Assembly: GCA_040285855.1 (NCBI GenBank) | Contig: JAUFOQ010000013.1 | Coordinates: 1,612,001-1,676,000, forward strand | Source: Eukaryota sp. GEM-RC1 | Lineage: Eukaryota | Direction: 5' to 3' | DNA length: 64,000 nt | Part shown: positions 1 to 12,600 of the stretch, in pieces | How the letters are laid out: each line of letters begins with the position of its first letter | Numbering within the stretch: the stretch's first letter is position 1 | Translations under genes and position numbers: made by a program | Notes under the pieces: generated by a model | Seen by the model: only the letters and a program-made list of their open reading frames with translations | Told to the model about the DNA's origin: nothing | Database searches by the model: none

Positions 1-2652
1 TCTAAAATTGTTGACGAGCGCACATCTATTTTAAATTTGTTTTTGTACATTCCTCAAAAAGAAATTCAAAAATTAATTCATGATCCTAAATTTGATTACA
101 TGAGAAAAAGACGAAATCTAAATCCAGATCAACTCTTTCCGCAACTGCCATATCTGATGAAGATTCAGATTCTGAAGACTTGTCTAGATTTAATTCATTT
201 GAATTGGAAAAAGATGTGTTGCTTGATGTTCAAGAAGCAGATGTCTCTGAAACTAAAACTGAAAAACACGTTCCTCTTCCAATTTCCATCAGTATTTTAA
301 TTATCTGCTTAACTATTATTGGCCTGATTATTGGAGGTTTTTCGATTTATCTGCTATTTGATATCATTGATGATAATGCTGAAGTCAACTCCTTTTTTCA
401 TGTAGCCCTTGACGCTAGATCCACTGTTGCTGACGTGACCTTGATTGACCGTGATGCCGCAGCAGCAATTGTATTATTTACTGCATTTGGTGACGATCAT
501 TTTCTACTCAATTATTTCGATTTAATCTATTCTGGAAGACGGCAACGTGCGCTTGCTAATTTACTTTCACTTGATTTGACTGAAGATCAATTACTATCAA
601 TTTCTCAGGTTGGGACTTATTCAAATTTGTTTACCAGATTGGAATTTATTTCTGCATCATTAATTTGCTCTATATTTGACGTCGATGAATCTCTTTGCTC
701 AAGATTTAATGATTTTACCTATGACGCCCAGTCAGAGACCAGCTATTTCAGAGACAAATTAGCTTATGATGATGTTGTCTGGTATTCTACTTTAGAACAA
801 GACCTTGAGAAATCAGTGGACGATCGTTTGAATATTGCTAGGAATACTCAGTATAATTCTCGGTGGCTGGGTGTTTTTCTATCTCTTTTAAATACCCTGG
901 AAGGTACTGCCGTCGATATAGTGAATTCTCTTTTGATTACATTAATGATGTGTATTCTTCAGTTAATTCTGACTTTAATATTGTTTGGATCTCAGTGTTA
1001 GCGACTTCAATCATTATTCTAATTATGATCATCATTTCTTTTCTCAATCGTAAAAGTTTAAGAGTAGCCAGATTTCTACTCTATATGTTTGTCATTTTGT
1101 TTGCCGTCCTCATTTCTACCGCTGTCTATTTCTCAATCAATGCTGATTCGGTCTTTTCTGACGACATTTCTGCTCTGGTTGTGGAATCTCGCCGAGTTTT
1201 GCCAGAGTTGTTGATATTGAGTGGAATTTCAATAGTGTACGAAGACGTATAGATTTGCTAATATTTGCTGATGATTTTGTTCATTTTACGGCAGGTGAAA
1301 GCTCTTATAACACTTTGATTGGACTTTTTGAGTTATTTAAATCCGGTGACTTAACTTCACATCCTGCTTTGGATAACGCGGTTGGCTTAATCAGCCAGCA
1401 ATTAGATTTGATTGAAGGTCAGTTGATGGATTATATGCGACGTGTCTTAGTTATTTCTAAATTGGCCACTTACCACCTTCCTGAATATCAACTGTCAACT
1501 TTAGTTAATACTACTTGGGATATTGATCAATTGCCTTTAAGTGAACGAAATACTTGGAAATTGCCTCATGGTTATAGTCTCAGTAACTCAGAAACTGATT
1601 TGGCAAAAGATGTTGAATATTTGAAAAATGCTTCCAGAGCCATTGTTACTTCAAAGTATTTCTACTCTTTAACTAGAGATTTAGTTGAATCGTTTGCAGA
1701 ACTTCGCCGTTCCACTACTTATACTTTAATTTACATTGTGGATGATTTTGATTCTCAATTCACTTTTAATTTAGAATTATCTGTATATTTAATTATTGCT
1801 CTACTCATTTCTTCTATTTTGTTTTGCTTCTTCATCTTGCTGTCTGGACTTAAAGAAAGACCAAAAGCCTCTCATGTTAAACAGAAGATATCCTTCCCAG
1901 CAATGGTTACGTATACGAAACAGTATATTATTTCTCTTTCAGTTTTGTTCATTCTTTTGTCAATGTTTTATTTTGGTTCTCTTGTTGGTTTTACTCAACT
2001 TAGACCTTTACCTAGGTTAATTCAAGATTATGGTGAAAGAACCGCGTTAATTACCAGAACTACAAATGATATTGTTTCTGCATATGTTGAACCAGAACAA
2101 CAGCGGTATTTTTTAAATAATGCTCAAATTTCCCTTCGCAATCTCCTAAGGCTTCATCATTCGTTGGTAGTTAATCACGTTGATGGTGATTCTGAACAAA
2201 CAAAGTTGCTTTTCGACAGTAAACTTGATGATTATTCTAGATCATTCAACACTTTGGAAGATAATCATGGATTCCACAATCTTTTAATCAACTTTGTTAA
2301 TTCTGCTGAATTGATTTCCATTCAAGACACGTCTCTAGATTTTTCAAATTCTAGTCCTGATTTGGCTAATCTTTTAGTTGATTATGATACTCTTTCAGAA
2401 ATGTCTTTGGAGTCTATTGATAACCTTCACAATTACTCAGTTGGTAGAGTTTCGTTCTTTTCAACATATGTTATGATCATTTTCATTACTTTCATTGTTG
2501 TTCTTTTAATTTCCTACATTTTTGTATTCCGGAAGATGTTAAAGGATTTACAGGAAGAAGAATTAATGACATTGGAATTTCTAGAAATGATTCCTGAAGA
2601 TGTTCTGTCTCAAGTTAGCGTCATTCAGAACTATTTTGTAACTCATCGTTGA
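1..2652 (+). CDS. TmcB-like (tiny macrocysts) multi-pass membrane protein, 3' part; 5'-partial, three apparent frameshifts
   Basis: ORFs 37-300, 180-1001, 863-1252 and 1255-2652 join into one protein collinear with the paralogue at 41289-43915 (minus). TM segments alternate with helical loops. C-terminus LQEEELMTLEFLEMIPEDVLSQVSVIQNYF is typical of the TmcB family. Confidence 0.75.
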
Positions 2653-2764
2653 TCGCTTTAGTATTTTATAGTTTTGCACTGTATTGTATTTGTATTATAA
2701 ATATTTAAATTTGATCTGTTTTACGTACTTAATATGAACACCGGTATTTTACTACACTAAATAT

Positions 2765-3170
2765 CAGCGTTATGTGCCATACGGCCATACGCGTATGGCA
2801 TTTTCTGCCATAAAGAGGGTTAATTTTCTGTGATATTTCTATATTCATAAGTTACAACTAAATCCTAACAAGTGTAATCCAATCATCCGATATCAGTCAA
2901 TAACAGTTTCTAGTACAGTAGCTAAGATTTGGAGGTGTTGCAAAACAAGACAATTGATCATGAAAGAATGTAAATTGATGACTTCTGCCTGAAAAGACTC
3001 GAATTTATCATTAGGTATCGTATTTAGATGTTGAATAAACGTGAAGTACAAAGTGGTGTTGGATTAACACATTACTCATCAAAACACTTCAAAATCACGC
3101 CAAACAGGCCATCAGCCATATGCGTATGATCCGTATTACAGTGTACAAATTTCATTATGTCATAACACTG
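2765..3170. mobile_element. Non-autonomous hAT-like element (406 bp)
   Basis: Ends CAGCGTTATG...CATAACACTG form an imperfect TIR. Flanks CTAAATAT (2757-2764) and TTAAATAT (3171-3178) are a 7/8 8-bp TSD. Subterminal CATAC/GTATG motifs occur at both ends. Confidence 0.7.
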
Positions 3171-3400
3171 TTAAATATTCCTTAAACATGTTGAACCAAA
3201 AGCAAAATTATTCTTTGAGGAAGACTTGTTGAACTTCTTACAACAATTCTGAATACAATTTTTCCAACATAATTTACACTGATTTGTTGAATTTAAGATT
3301 CTTAATTGCATTCAATCAAATGGCTGTCCAAAATTCGATAAATCTACTTTTGAATCAGTCAGAAATTCAGAAAAATTTTCTGAGAAAGTGAATTCACTCT

Positions 3401-3442
3401 TGTTACCACTAAGCTAATAGCGCTATTAGCTTAGTGGTAACA
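3401..3442. repeat. Perfect 42-bp palindrome TGT...ACA flanked by 4-bp direct repeat CTCT
   Basis: TGTTACCACTAAGCTAATAGC is followed directly by its reverse complement GCTATTAGCTTAGTGGTAACA. CTCT lies at 3397-3400 and 3443-3446. Confidence 0.9.
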
Positions 3443-3483
3443 CTCTCTGCATCATATTATTTGGTTCTATCAGCTGTTAGCTG

Positions 3484-4611
3484 ATGTCTAAGTCCTCGAA
3501 ATTCTCTGCTTTACTTCCAAACGCTGCTTCCTTTGTTCCTACTCAAACTGAATCTAAACCCAAAAACAAGTTTTCCAAGTCAAAACCAGCATCGTTTACC
3601 TTCCCAGGTAAATCCCGTCTTGGTTCACTTACAGACTCTTCCAATGAACAGGTGAATTCTCCCGTCTTTCTCCCCTCGTCACCATCACAAACTGACAACT
3701 CATCTCCCTTTGATTCTCACAATGGACATTCGAGGTCGTCCTTTTCAAATCATCTGACTCAGAGTCATCCTTTTCATCGTCTTCTTCAATTGTTTCCGAT
3801 ACTCATCTATACCACAGCTATCCCAATCAGTTCCCTGCCCAGCACTCAGGACAAGTCTCTCACTTGAATGGTGTTACAACATTTTCTGTACAAAATTCAG
3901 ATGAACAATCTCACTATTATTATAAGCATGGTCTAGGCCATGGACAGGAAATTAATGCCTTAAAAATGACTGTTGATCAATTGCAACAATCGAATAGTGT
4001 ATTGAATGGTAAAATTGAAAAACTTGAAGCTGAAGTGACTAACTTAAAATTTCAAATTTCCCAAATTTCTCAGTTCAATTCTCATGGTTTTGAAGAAGAA
4101 TCTACAATTTTGTTTTCAGATGTTCAGAAATCTTCCTTTTTATCACTTAGTTATGATAAGAAAATAGTTTGTGCTTCTGACAGTTTTTCCGAACGCAACA
4201 TTCTTTCAGAGTTTTCTTCTGTTTCCAGAAAACACAAATCTAAAAAATTCCAATACTCCTATTTCAGGAAATGTTTTTACTTGGAAGGTTCGTTATGTTG
4301 GTAATAATCATGGAATATTTGTAGGTGTAATTGATGATAGCAAGTTTGAAACTGACAAAAGTTGTGAAAATCAAGCTCATGGTTGTTATAATCATGGTCC
4401 TATACGTGGTAATCTTTGTGGACAACAAAGTGAGTGGAATGTAAGTGAAGGATTAGAGTTGAGGTTCAATGTTGATACTAATTTGTTGGTAATTAAATCA
4501 GTTGGCGCTGATGGTATTAGTTTATCTGGAACACTGCCCGAATTATCTGAAGGCAAGTATCGCCCATTCTTTAGTTTATCCAACTCTAATCACGTGATTG
4601 CAATAATTTAG
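3484..4611 (+). CDS. Low-complexity N-terminus, coiled coil and SPRY/B30.2-like domain protein (frameshifted)
   Basis: Overlapping ORFs 3484-3867, 3864-4304 and 4171-4611. Coiled coil LKMTVDQLQQSNSVLNGKIEKLEAEVTNLK. SPRY-like FTWKVRY..GIFVGVID...YRPFFSL. Confidence 0.65.
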
Positions 4612-5513
4612 GGTTGTTGTTGATTATGGAATTACTGATGTTTTTAATTGATCTTATCTAAAATGATATCTGGAATTCCCAAAACTGAGTGACTTTAATA
4701 TTTCAAAATAGAGCCAATTTTGGTTCTCCTTTTGAAATTGAAATGGGTTAGAGAATTGGATTATGTAATTATGTTTTTCTGTTTATTCTTCATCATATCT
4801 GGAAATTATTTGTGCTTTGGGATTTATTATTGGGTTTTCCATGTTGTAGTCAATATTTGTAATCATAGTTGCAATCCAAATTTTTGTGATGTGATTGTTG
4901 TACTATTCAATATCACGATTACCCCGCTTAGTGATGTTAAACTGTGTCTTGTGATATTCAATTTTTTTTAATATAATAGTCTTTATTTGAATGATTAAAT
5001 ACAATGAATGTAAAAGGTTTTTTCTACCGGCTATATACAGTTACACCAATATTATTTTTTAGAGTTACGAGCTACAGTAAGTTATCGAGTGCGCAGTTTG
5101 TCACCGTACTCATTTTATGTTCATTATTTTTTCATAATTTTTGAATGAATACCATATGCAATCAATCATTTTCGTGATGTGATGATGTAACTTGATTTAG
5201 ACTAACGATATATTAAAACCGAAAATATAAGTGTACTTCTATCTCATAATTTAACCAATCTTTTTCAACATTATATCCCAGTACTACCATTATTACGATA
5301 CAATTTTTTAAGAATGCTGGTATTTTGCAGCTGCATTTTTGCAATGAAGAGGTTCTCCGTGAGCAATTTTTAAAATTTAAGAGTGATGAATACTGTTATT
5401 GAGTAGACTGCCCATTCATTATCACTCAAATGAGTGTATTTTAACATGAGAATTGAGAAAAACTGAAGCAAAACGGAATACTATTGCTGGTGCATCAACT
5501 TACACACTACAAA

Positions 5514-5797
5514 GCGATGTCGATATACGGTAATATTGGACCAGCTGCACAAGGTTTTTTAACTTCCTTTGGTAAATTGTGTTCTGAGTATGGTAAAGTT
5601 TTCAATGAAAATTTTTGGTTCAGTAGGTTAACGTTTGCGTTGTTTCGTTCAATGCACAGATATTTTAATTCAATTTTAGGTAGTTGTTCGGTGATGGACA
5701 GAAGGATCATAGTTTAGATACTTTAGTTAGTGTCTGTTTGTTATTAACTTCTGCAAATGCATTTATTTCACTGATTGATCATAAACCCCGTTTTTTT
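5514..5797 (+). mobile_element. 5'-truncated RLE non-LTR retrotransposon remnant, family A
   Basis: Encodes AMSIYGNIGPAAQGFLTSFGKLC..FW..RLTFALF. Near-identical to 56794-57078. Ends CATAAACCCCG-T7. Confidence 0.8.
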
Positions 5798-6385
5798 CTA
5801 TAAAGCTACAATTGACGAAAATTAGAAATATAGTTTGCAAGCTATCTTGGTTGAAGGGCTGTAAAAGGATCTTATGTGTCTAAATTTGAAATGTTGTCTC
5901 ATCTGTCTTCAATAACCAGGAACCTTGCTAAGTGCGTTAAAAAAATACAAATGAAAGCAGAAAGAGTTTTGGTAACATTTTGTTGTTGTGGAAAGTGAAC
6001 GATTCTGTTTGTAGAGTTTGTATAAAAATTGTCGTGCTCGAAATTGTGTACAATGTACATACTTAAGTCGTGCAGTAAGTTGTCAATAGACCATTTCTGA
6101 AAGTCATTCGAGGTAACCCAGAATTTTCCGACGAATTTTATGCAACGACAGCTTCAGAATATTCGGTGCATACAGTGAAGATTGTGACCAGTGTTGATAT
6201 CTAAACGCCGGATCATGATGTTTTTCTTGATGAATAAAGTAAACAAAATGAGCGTGTTAGTGCGTGTCGACACATGTTGACATGTAAGAAAATCCCAAGT
6301 TGAACTTATGTTGCTTGAAGGCACCAAGACAGAACAACCAATGACACGTGGCAACACTGAAACAATTTCATATCTTTCCCCACTC

Positions 6386-6824
6386 ATGCAAGCCGCTGTT
6401 ATTGTCTTCCTTTTATGTGTTTGCTTCGCTGCTTGTGATCCTCCCACATATACGCTGGCGGTCAAAAACATGAATTCATGGTACACATTACATTACTTCG
6501 ACAATGAGGTTAAGGGTTATAGTATGGAACTTTATTCCCCTTCTTAACTGTAGTTGACTGGATTCAAAAAGGAGGGACATTTCTCCTGGATCGGTAGCTA
6601 ATATCATCTTCACTCTACATGGAAGTCTTAATATCGCCTGGTCTACACACACTTGGAGGGGGTCACAGAAAGAACTTGTGGAGATTTACTTTGCAACCGA
6701 TGATAAGGGCGTATTTATGGAGGCTGAATGTTGGATGTGGGACGAAGAGGAATACATGCATGACTGCGATTGGTGGCGTAACGGACACGAGTTTGTATTT
6801 GCCATTGACACTTCTAAAAGATAA
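6386..6824 (+). CDS. Small secreted hypothetical protein (frameshifted, possible 32-nt intron)
   Basis: Signal peptide MQAAVIVFLLCVCFA. The reading continues in other frames as ISPGSVANIIFTLHGSLNIAWSTHTWRG...HDCDWWRNGHEFVFAIDTSKR*. Confidence 0.55.
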
Positions 6825-7069
6825 AACTTAAATAAAATGTACAGTGTACTACATGTAGTAGTTTCATTATAGTAAAGTCCAGACAACAACAGAAATCAAA
6901 TCAAAGGATAATGTGAAAGGGATCAATTGGGAATCAGTTTATGTTAAGATTTTCAAGATTTGAAAAAGTTCAACCTATACTTGTTTGAACATCATCAATT
7001 ACTTTATACAAGTGTACTTACAGAAACATCAGCTGGCAATTGGAAAGTCATTATATAAGGAATAGACTC

Positions 7070-7920
7070 ATTTACCAAGGGGTCCAAATTTGTTGAATTT
7101 CTTGGAAATTATCATCATCATTCAAAAGTTCAATACTGAATGATGTAATATGCTCAACAAAACTAAGATTCTCCTTAATGTTCTCTACAGTATCCGCTGT
7201 TATGAGAAACACGTGTTATAAGTAGCTTTAGTTTCATTTTGACTTAACCTTTTCTTGGTTACATAAACCTATCTTTGCTATAACTGGCATCACCGCATCA
7301 TTCGTTTAAAAACTCAAAATCCTATTTGAAAGTGTTGAAACAAAAACTTCAATCGGAAGACACTCACTCAAAAACAACTGGTTGTGACCTTCATGAGAAT
7401 CTAAATCAGACATCATGACATGATCATCAAGTTGTTGTCCATGCATTACAATTGATTGACACTCACATGCAATCGCAGCGAGCTCCTCCAATCCGACCTT
7501 TAAATCAGAAACAGTAAACAGCTATGACTAAACTGGAATATCAATCAATGCTTCACTGTCGTCCTGAGAACATACCTTCCTAATCAGTTTGATTGTCAAC
7601 TGTGATTTGACCAATCGTCTGGCAGTCAGAGAAATCTGAGCTCTACTTTTCCTTACCATATGCAGAGTGGATCCACTTACGATTCCAACTTCTTTCACAC
7701 TATCTCTATCACTCAAAACGGATCCATTAAATATTTAAATTTGACGTTCAGGGGAGACAACTTCAAATAGCTCAAGTTCAATCTCAATATTTTGAACCAA
7801 ATCGTCATTGAACAGTTCCAGTAGAGTTTCACGATTTCCACTCATTTTTTTAACCGTAATTGACTCTGATTCCGACACTTTTAGTGAGACAAATATAGTA
7901 TCATCAGTAGAAATCTTAAC
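7070..7920 (-). pseudogene. Decayed tandem ubiquitin-like domain protein
   Basis: Minus strand reads ITVKKMSG...VSPERQI*IFNGSVLSDRDSVKEVGIVSGSTLHMV, then TVSDLKVGLEELAAIACECQSIVMHGQQLDD, then TADTVENIKENL. In-frame stop and frameshifts. Boundaries approximate. Confidence 0.55.
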
Positions 7921-8448
7921 TCTGTTTTTAATAAAGGATGATTTACAAGATTATCAGTCTGCATTAAACCAAATTGAAACTATGTTAAAAGAACCTCTAA
8001 AAGACAAAGATGAGGACGGATTTGACGATGACATTCTTTCCTCTGATTGTTTTGATTCCAGTAATGAGGAAGTTTTGTAGAACATATATAGTGAGAACAA
8101 AAACAAAAGTGTTTTTTTCAGTACATCGAGAGATCTTTATTAACTTAGATAGAACAGTGATATTGTGCAAAACGTGTAGCCCTTTTAGCAATTGATTTGA
8201 AATAGTAATTAAATATGATTTTATTGCAACAAACACACCGTATAAACACTTCAAAACAAACACTTTATTTCATAGTTTTGCAGGAAGGTTACCTTATGGC
8301 CTACGATATATACTGGAAACAACTTGCATCTTATTGTTTTCATTTCATCAACGGGTAAAGTCTATTGAGAACCAAAGTTGTTAATGTTTAAGTGTATAAT
8401 CAGTATATTTGTTGTAAGAAAAAAAGTGTAAACTTGGATAACTGAACC

Positions 8449-8595
8449 AAAAAAACGGATTTATGTGCGGAGAAAAACACATAATAAGATATCGATAAGT
8501 ACAAATAAATAAACACTATTAAAACAAATTATCAAACGAACTACCTAATTCCGAAAAGTAGTTGCCTCCAAACAACTTGGACAAAATGGAATCAC
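8449..8595 (-). mobile_element. 3' end of RLE retrotransposon, family B
   Basis: Homologous to 59024-59165. On the minus strand it ends CATAAATCCG-T7. Confidence 0.7.
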
Positions 8596-8652
8596 CAATA
8601 AATTATTGTTGAAAACACAATAAAAAAAATACATCGCATTATAAACTATATT

Positions 8653-8805
8653 TTTCGTTCAATGCACAGATATTTTAATTCAATTTTAGGTAAGTTGTTC
8701 GGTGATGGACAGAAGGATCAGAGTTTAGATACTTTAGTTAGTGTCTGTTAGTAATTAACTTCTGCAAATGCATTTATTTCACTGATTGATCATAAACCCC
8801 ATTTT
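8653..8805 (+). mobile_element. 3' end of RLE retrotransposon, family A
   Basis: Near-identical to 5643-5795 and 56923-57075. Confidence 0.8.
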
Positions 8806-8894
8806 GTTTAAACTATAATGTTACTGGTGAGACATCTACACTCTATTGACATCAAATTTGATTGAAAGAACAAGACAAGACCACAAAGGCACAC

Positions 8895-9393
8895 TCAAGT
8901 CATCAACTCTAAAATATTTGAAGACAAAACACTATCAAACACTTGCAGATATTCATCCACTTTCAATAAAGAAAGAGCTTCATCACACGACGAAAATCGA
9001 TCATTCAGTAAATAATCAATAAACAACTCATCAATCAATTTTGATTGTGTCCTTGAGCTCTTCTTTGAGTAAAGAGAAAGTACCAATGGTGAAGCCTCCA
9101 AAGGATTTTGTTCGAATATCCATAGTAACAATGGACCATTCGGATTTACCACTACTTTTAAAGTTTCCAAGGCTGCCAGTTGAACTCCAACGTCAACATC
9201 TCTAGTCCTTTCAAGAAGTAAAACAGGGATAGAGTTCTCTACATCTTTAATTGAAGAAAGTAGTCTCACTGCTACAGCTCTAACTTGACGTGACGGATCT
9301 CCTTGTATTGTTGATGCAATGGTGGTGAATATTAATCTATCCGTTGCATCTACATCAGAACTTTCTACGGGCTGCACACCAATCAACTGCTGG
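8895..9393 (-). pseudogene. Partial duplicate of the 3' end of the HEAT-repeat gene at 16589-18591
   Basis: QQLIGVQPVESSDVDATDR...SSNILELMT is almost identical to the last ~165 aa of ORF 16589-18634. Homology stops abruptly at about 9393. Confidence 0.8.
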
Positions 9394-9670
9394 GGAAGAT
9401 ATGGTACACGGAAATTATCAAGTTTATACAAGGTCTTCATTATACCAGAAATGATTCTTCTTTAATGTATATGTTCATGTTTGATGTATTTTCGTTTATT
9501 ACTATTTCAGTTGCTAAAAGGGAGACACAAATAAGAATCATCAAAGCGGTCGATTTGAGAACAATCTCAAGTTTGTTCCAGCAAACAGATAATAATGCAT
9601 TAATCATTTATTAGTATCAATTGACGTCAAAATTTCAATCAATCATCTCAAGGCGCCCAAATATCAGTTC

Positions 9671-12600
9671 TCAAAGGTGATTTCTGGAAGTAAAATTTGA
9701 TTGATCGGGTACATCCATTTCAACAACTACTTTAAACTCTTCCTCATTTGACTCACACAAATTAAACACTGGAATAGCTTCTTGAGCAGCAAATCTTCGC
9801 TTTAAAAGACCTTCAACACACGTTTTTCTTTCAAACAATGAACTAGGGATTTTTTGGTGAGTTTCAATCAAATTTAGAACCAACAAAAATTTGGTGGAAA
9901 CAGATTGACAATAACAGAATTCAAGTAGTTGAACAAGTTTAGTATAAATTTCCAAGCAAGTTTCAAGAGTGGAATTCAAGACATAATCTTCGTCAATTAA
10001 AGCAAGTCCATAATCACACAAGTAGATATTTTCAAGATTAAGACACTCAACAGGTGGTTTTTTGTGTCTATAGACAGACAAAACTGAAACAACTTGTTGC
10101 ATATTTGGCCGTTCAATATACTTAAACTTTAAACATTGTTGGAAAAGTGGAGTTAAACAAGAAGGGAGATTTTGATTGAAAGGAATGTCTGGAATATCAC
10201 CTGTTCTTAGACAGCCAATAATCAATTGATCTCTATTTGGTTGTTGTTCGAAATCTTGCCAAATAGTTTCTTGAGTGAATACATAGATCGAAATTAAAGC
10301 AAAGGAAAAGACATCAATAGTGTCAGAATAAATAGTTTCATCTGAGACTAACTCAGGACTAGCCCAATTTGGAGTTAAAACTCTATTAGAATTTAAAGAA
10401 AGTGACATGTTTGAATTACCAATGCTTTTACCACTTCCCCAATCAATTATAACTGGACAAGAGCCTCTAAATAAAATATTATCCGGTTTTAAATCTCGAT
10501 GAAGAAACTTTGATTCGTGGCTAGAAACAAGAGCATTGGCAATACTTATCAAGATAGACAATTTTTTAGTTTCAGTGGTAAGTTTTGGTACTTTTTCCTT
10601 CAACGTAACAGATGATAGACGTTCCATTACCAGACCATACCGATCTTTTCCATTTCTAGGTATTACGGTTAAACCATAAATTCTTGGCAGAGATGGTACA
10701 TTTGGAAGGGAATTAAGAATGGAAAATTCTCTAGCTAGTTCAGGAGCAATTCCTCCACTATGATAGTAAAGTTTGATGACCACTTCGGACAGTTCATACT
10801 CAGCAAATACAACTTCGGATTGTCCACTAAAGTTAATAGTCTCCCAATCAATTTCCAAATCAACGGCAGAAATAGTTGGAGTAAGACTTTTAGATTTTTG
10901 AACTTCCAAAAAATCATTTTGTAGAGCTTTTCTTTGCTCAGAATTCTGCTGCTGCTGCTCTTTTAGTGCCGCTTTAATTGACTTTTTTGTCGTAATTGAC
11001 AATTGTTTTTCTAATTCTCTAAACTCTGTTCTTATTTCCTTTAATAAAACCTGGTTGTGATCAGCAAGTGCCGTCTGGAATTTCTCTTCATCAAAGTCAA
11101 TAATTGCTTCGATTTTCTGTTGAGATAAAGGTGGTAATTTTTCAAATGTTTTGCCTGCATAAGCGATCAAAATTTCTGTTGAAAAATCATCTAACAATTT
11201 GTTACACATTTCAAATTCTCTTTTAAATTTGCTATGAGTAAAAGTTTTCTTGTACCACTTAGAATCATCGTGTTGTTTGACAACGGTGTTAACACGGTCA
11301 CAGACGCTAGCAAAGTTGTTCAATAAATCAGAAATGATTGGTGATTGCGCAAGCTCAGTATTAGTTTCATTAGGAGAAAGTGTCAATTTAGTCAAACGCA
11401 AAACCCTAGCTCCTAGTACAGCAGCCTGAGTTTTATTAATTTTCACGTTTTTAATTGATGCAAACAGTGTTCCTAAAGCCAATCCAAAAGGAGAAAAAAC
11501 ACCAGAACAAGAGGTAAGAAGGGTCACTGTCGAGATAACTGGACCGGAAACTATATGATATTGTTTAATTACAGTAGCAGGTTTATAATTTTTATTTCCT
11601 CCCTTTAAAAAGTTGATATCCATGAAATCAATTTCATCATTTTGATAATGTTGATTATATTTTTGACGTCATTAGAATTATGTTTTAACACTTCTTCTCC
11701 TTCAAATTTATAGGAACTACCACCACCTTTTAGTTTGGAATATTCAATTCTATCTACATCTTCTTCATCTTGATTATCAATCAGCACACTTAACATTTCT
11801 TCATCTGTTTCATATATAGTTTCTATTGGATCTATATCGTCAGGACATACAAGTTCACCTTTGACAAGCTTGGGAAATTCTGAAGAAACGACAACACTAA
11901 TTGAATTATCATCAATATCAAGCTCGAAAAGAGAGTCACAAGTAATATTTGCAGATGAAAATGTTGACTGAAAAGAATCAAATTTCAGTAAAGTAAAAGA
12001 AACATTCAAAGGCAACAGATAATTAAAGTAATTAACACCCAAAAATCCATTCAGAAAAACAATACCATTAATGGAGAGAACATTATTGTTAGAGACCTCA
12101 TTGCTGAAAATAAGTCTAGAAGTACCAGAAAGTTGAAGATCTCCATGTACCTCAAGAGTTAAGGTAGGTTTAAATAACCCCCGTTGTGAACAACAGACAT
12201 AATTTGACCAAAACCAGTAAGTGAAGTAGACTCAGACAATGAGAGAAGTTTTGAATCAATAGTACCACCTTCTAGAACAAGACTGAAAGAACCAGTATTA
12301 CCAGTAAATCTCAAAGCTCCAATGGAAGTAAGATTTCCAGTGTTTTTTACCAAAATTTCAAGATTTGTAAGTGTAGTAGAAAGATACTCAAAAGTCAATG
12401 CACCCTCGATTTCCACTAGACTATTCCCTATTCCAGATATTTCAGTTACAGTCAGCTGCTTAAGAAAAACGGTATCAACACCAGCATAGATTTCAGCGAA
12501 TAAACTGTCAGCAGTTACTGCAGCCAAGAAAGGCAAAGCACTATCTGTCCAACTATAGACATGGCCACTAATAGACAGGACATAAACAGTGTTACCTCTG

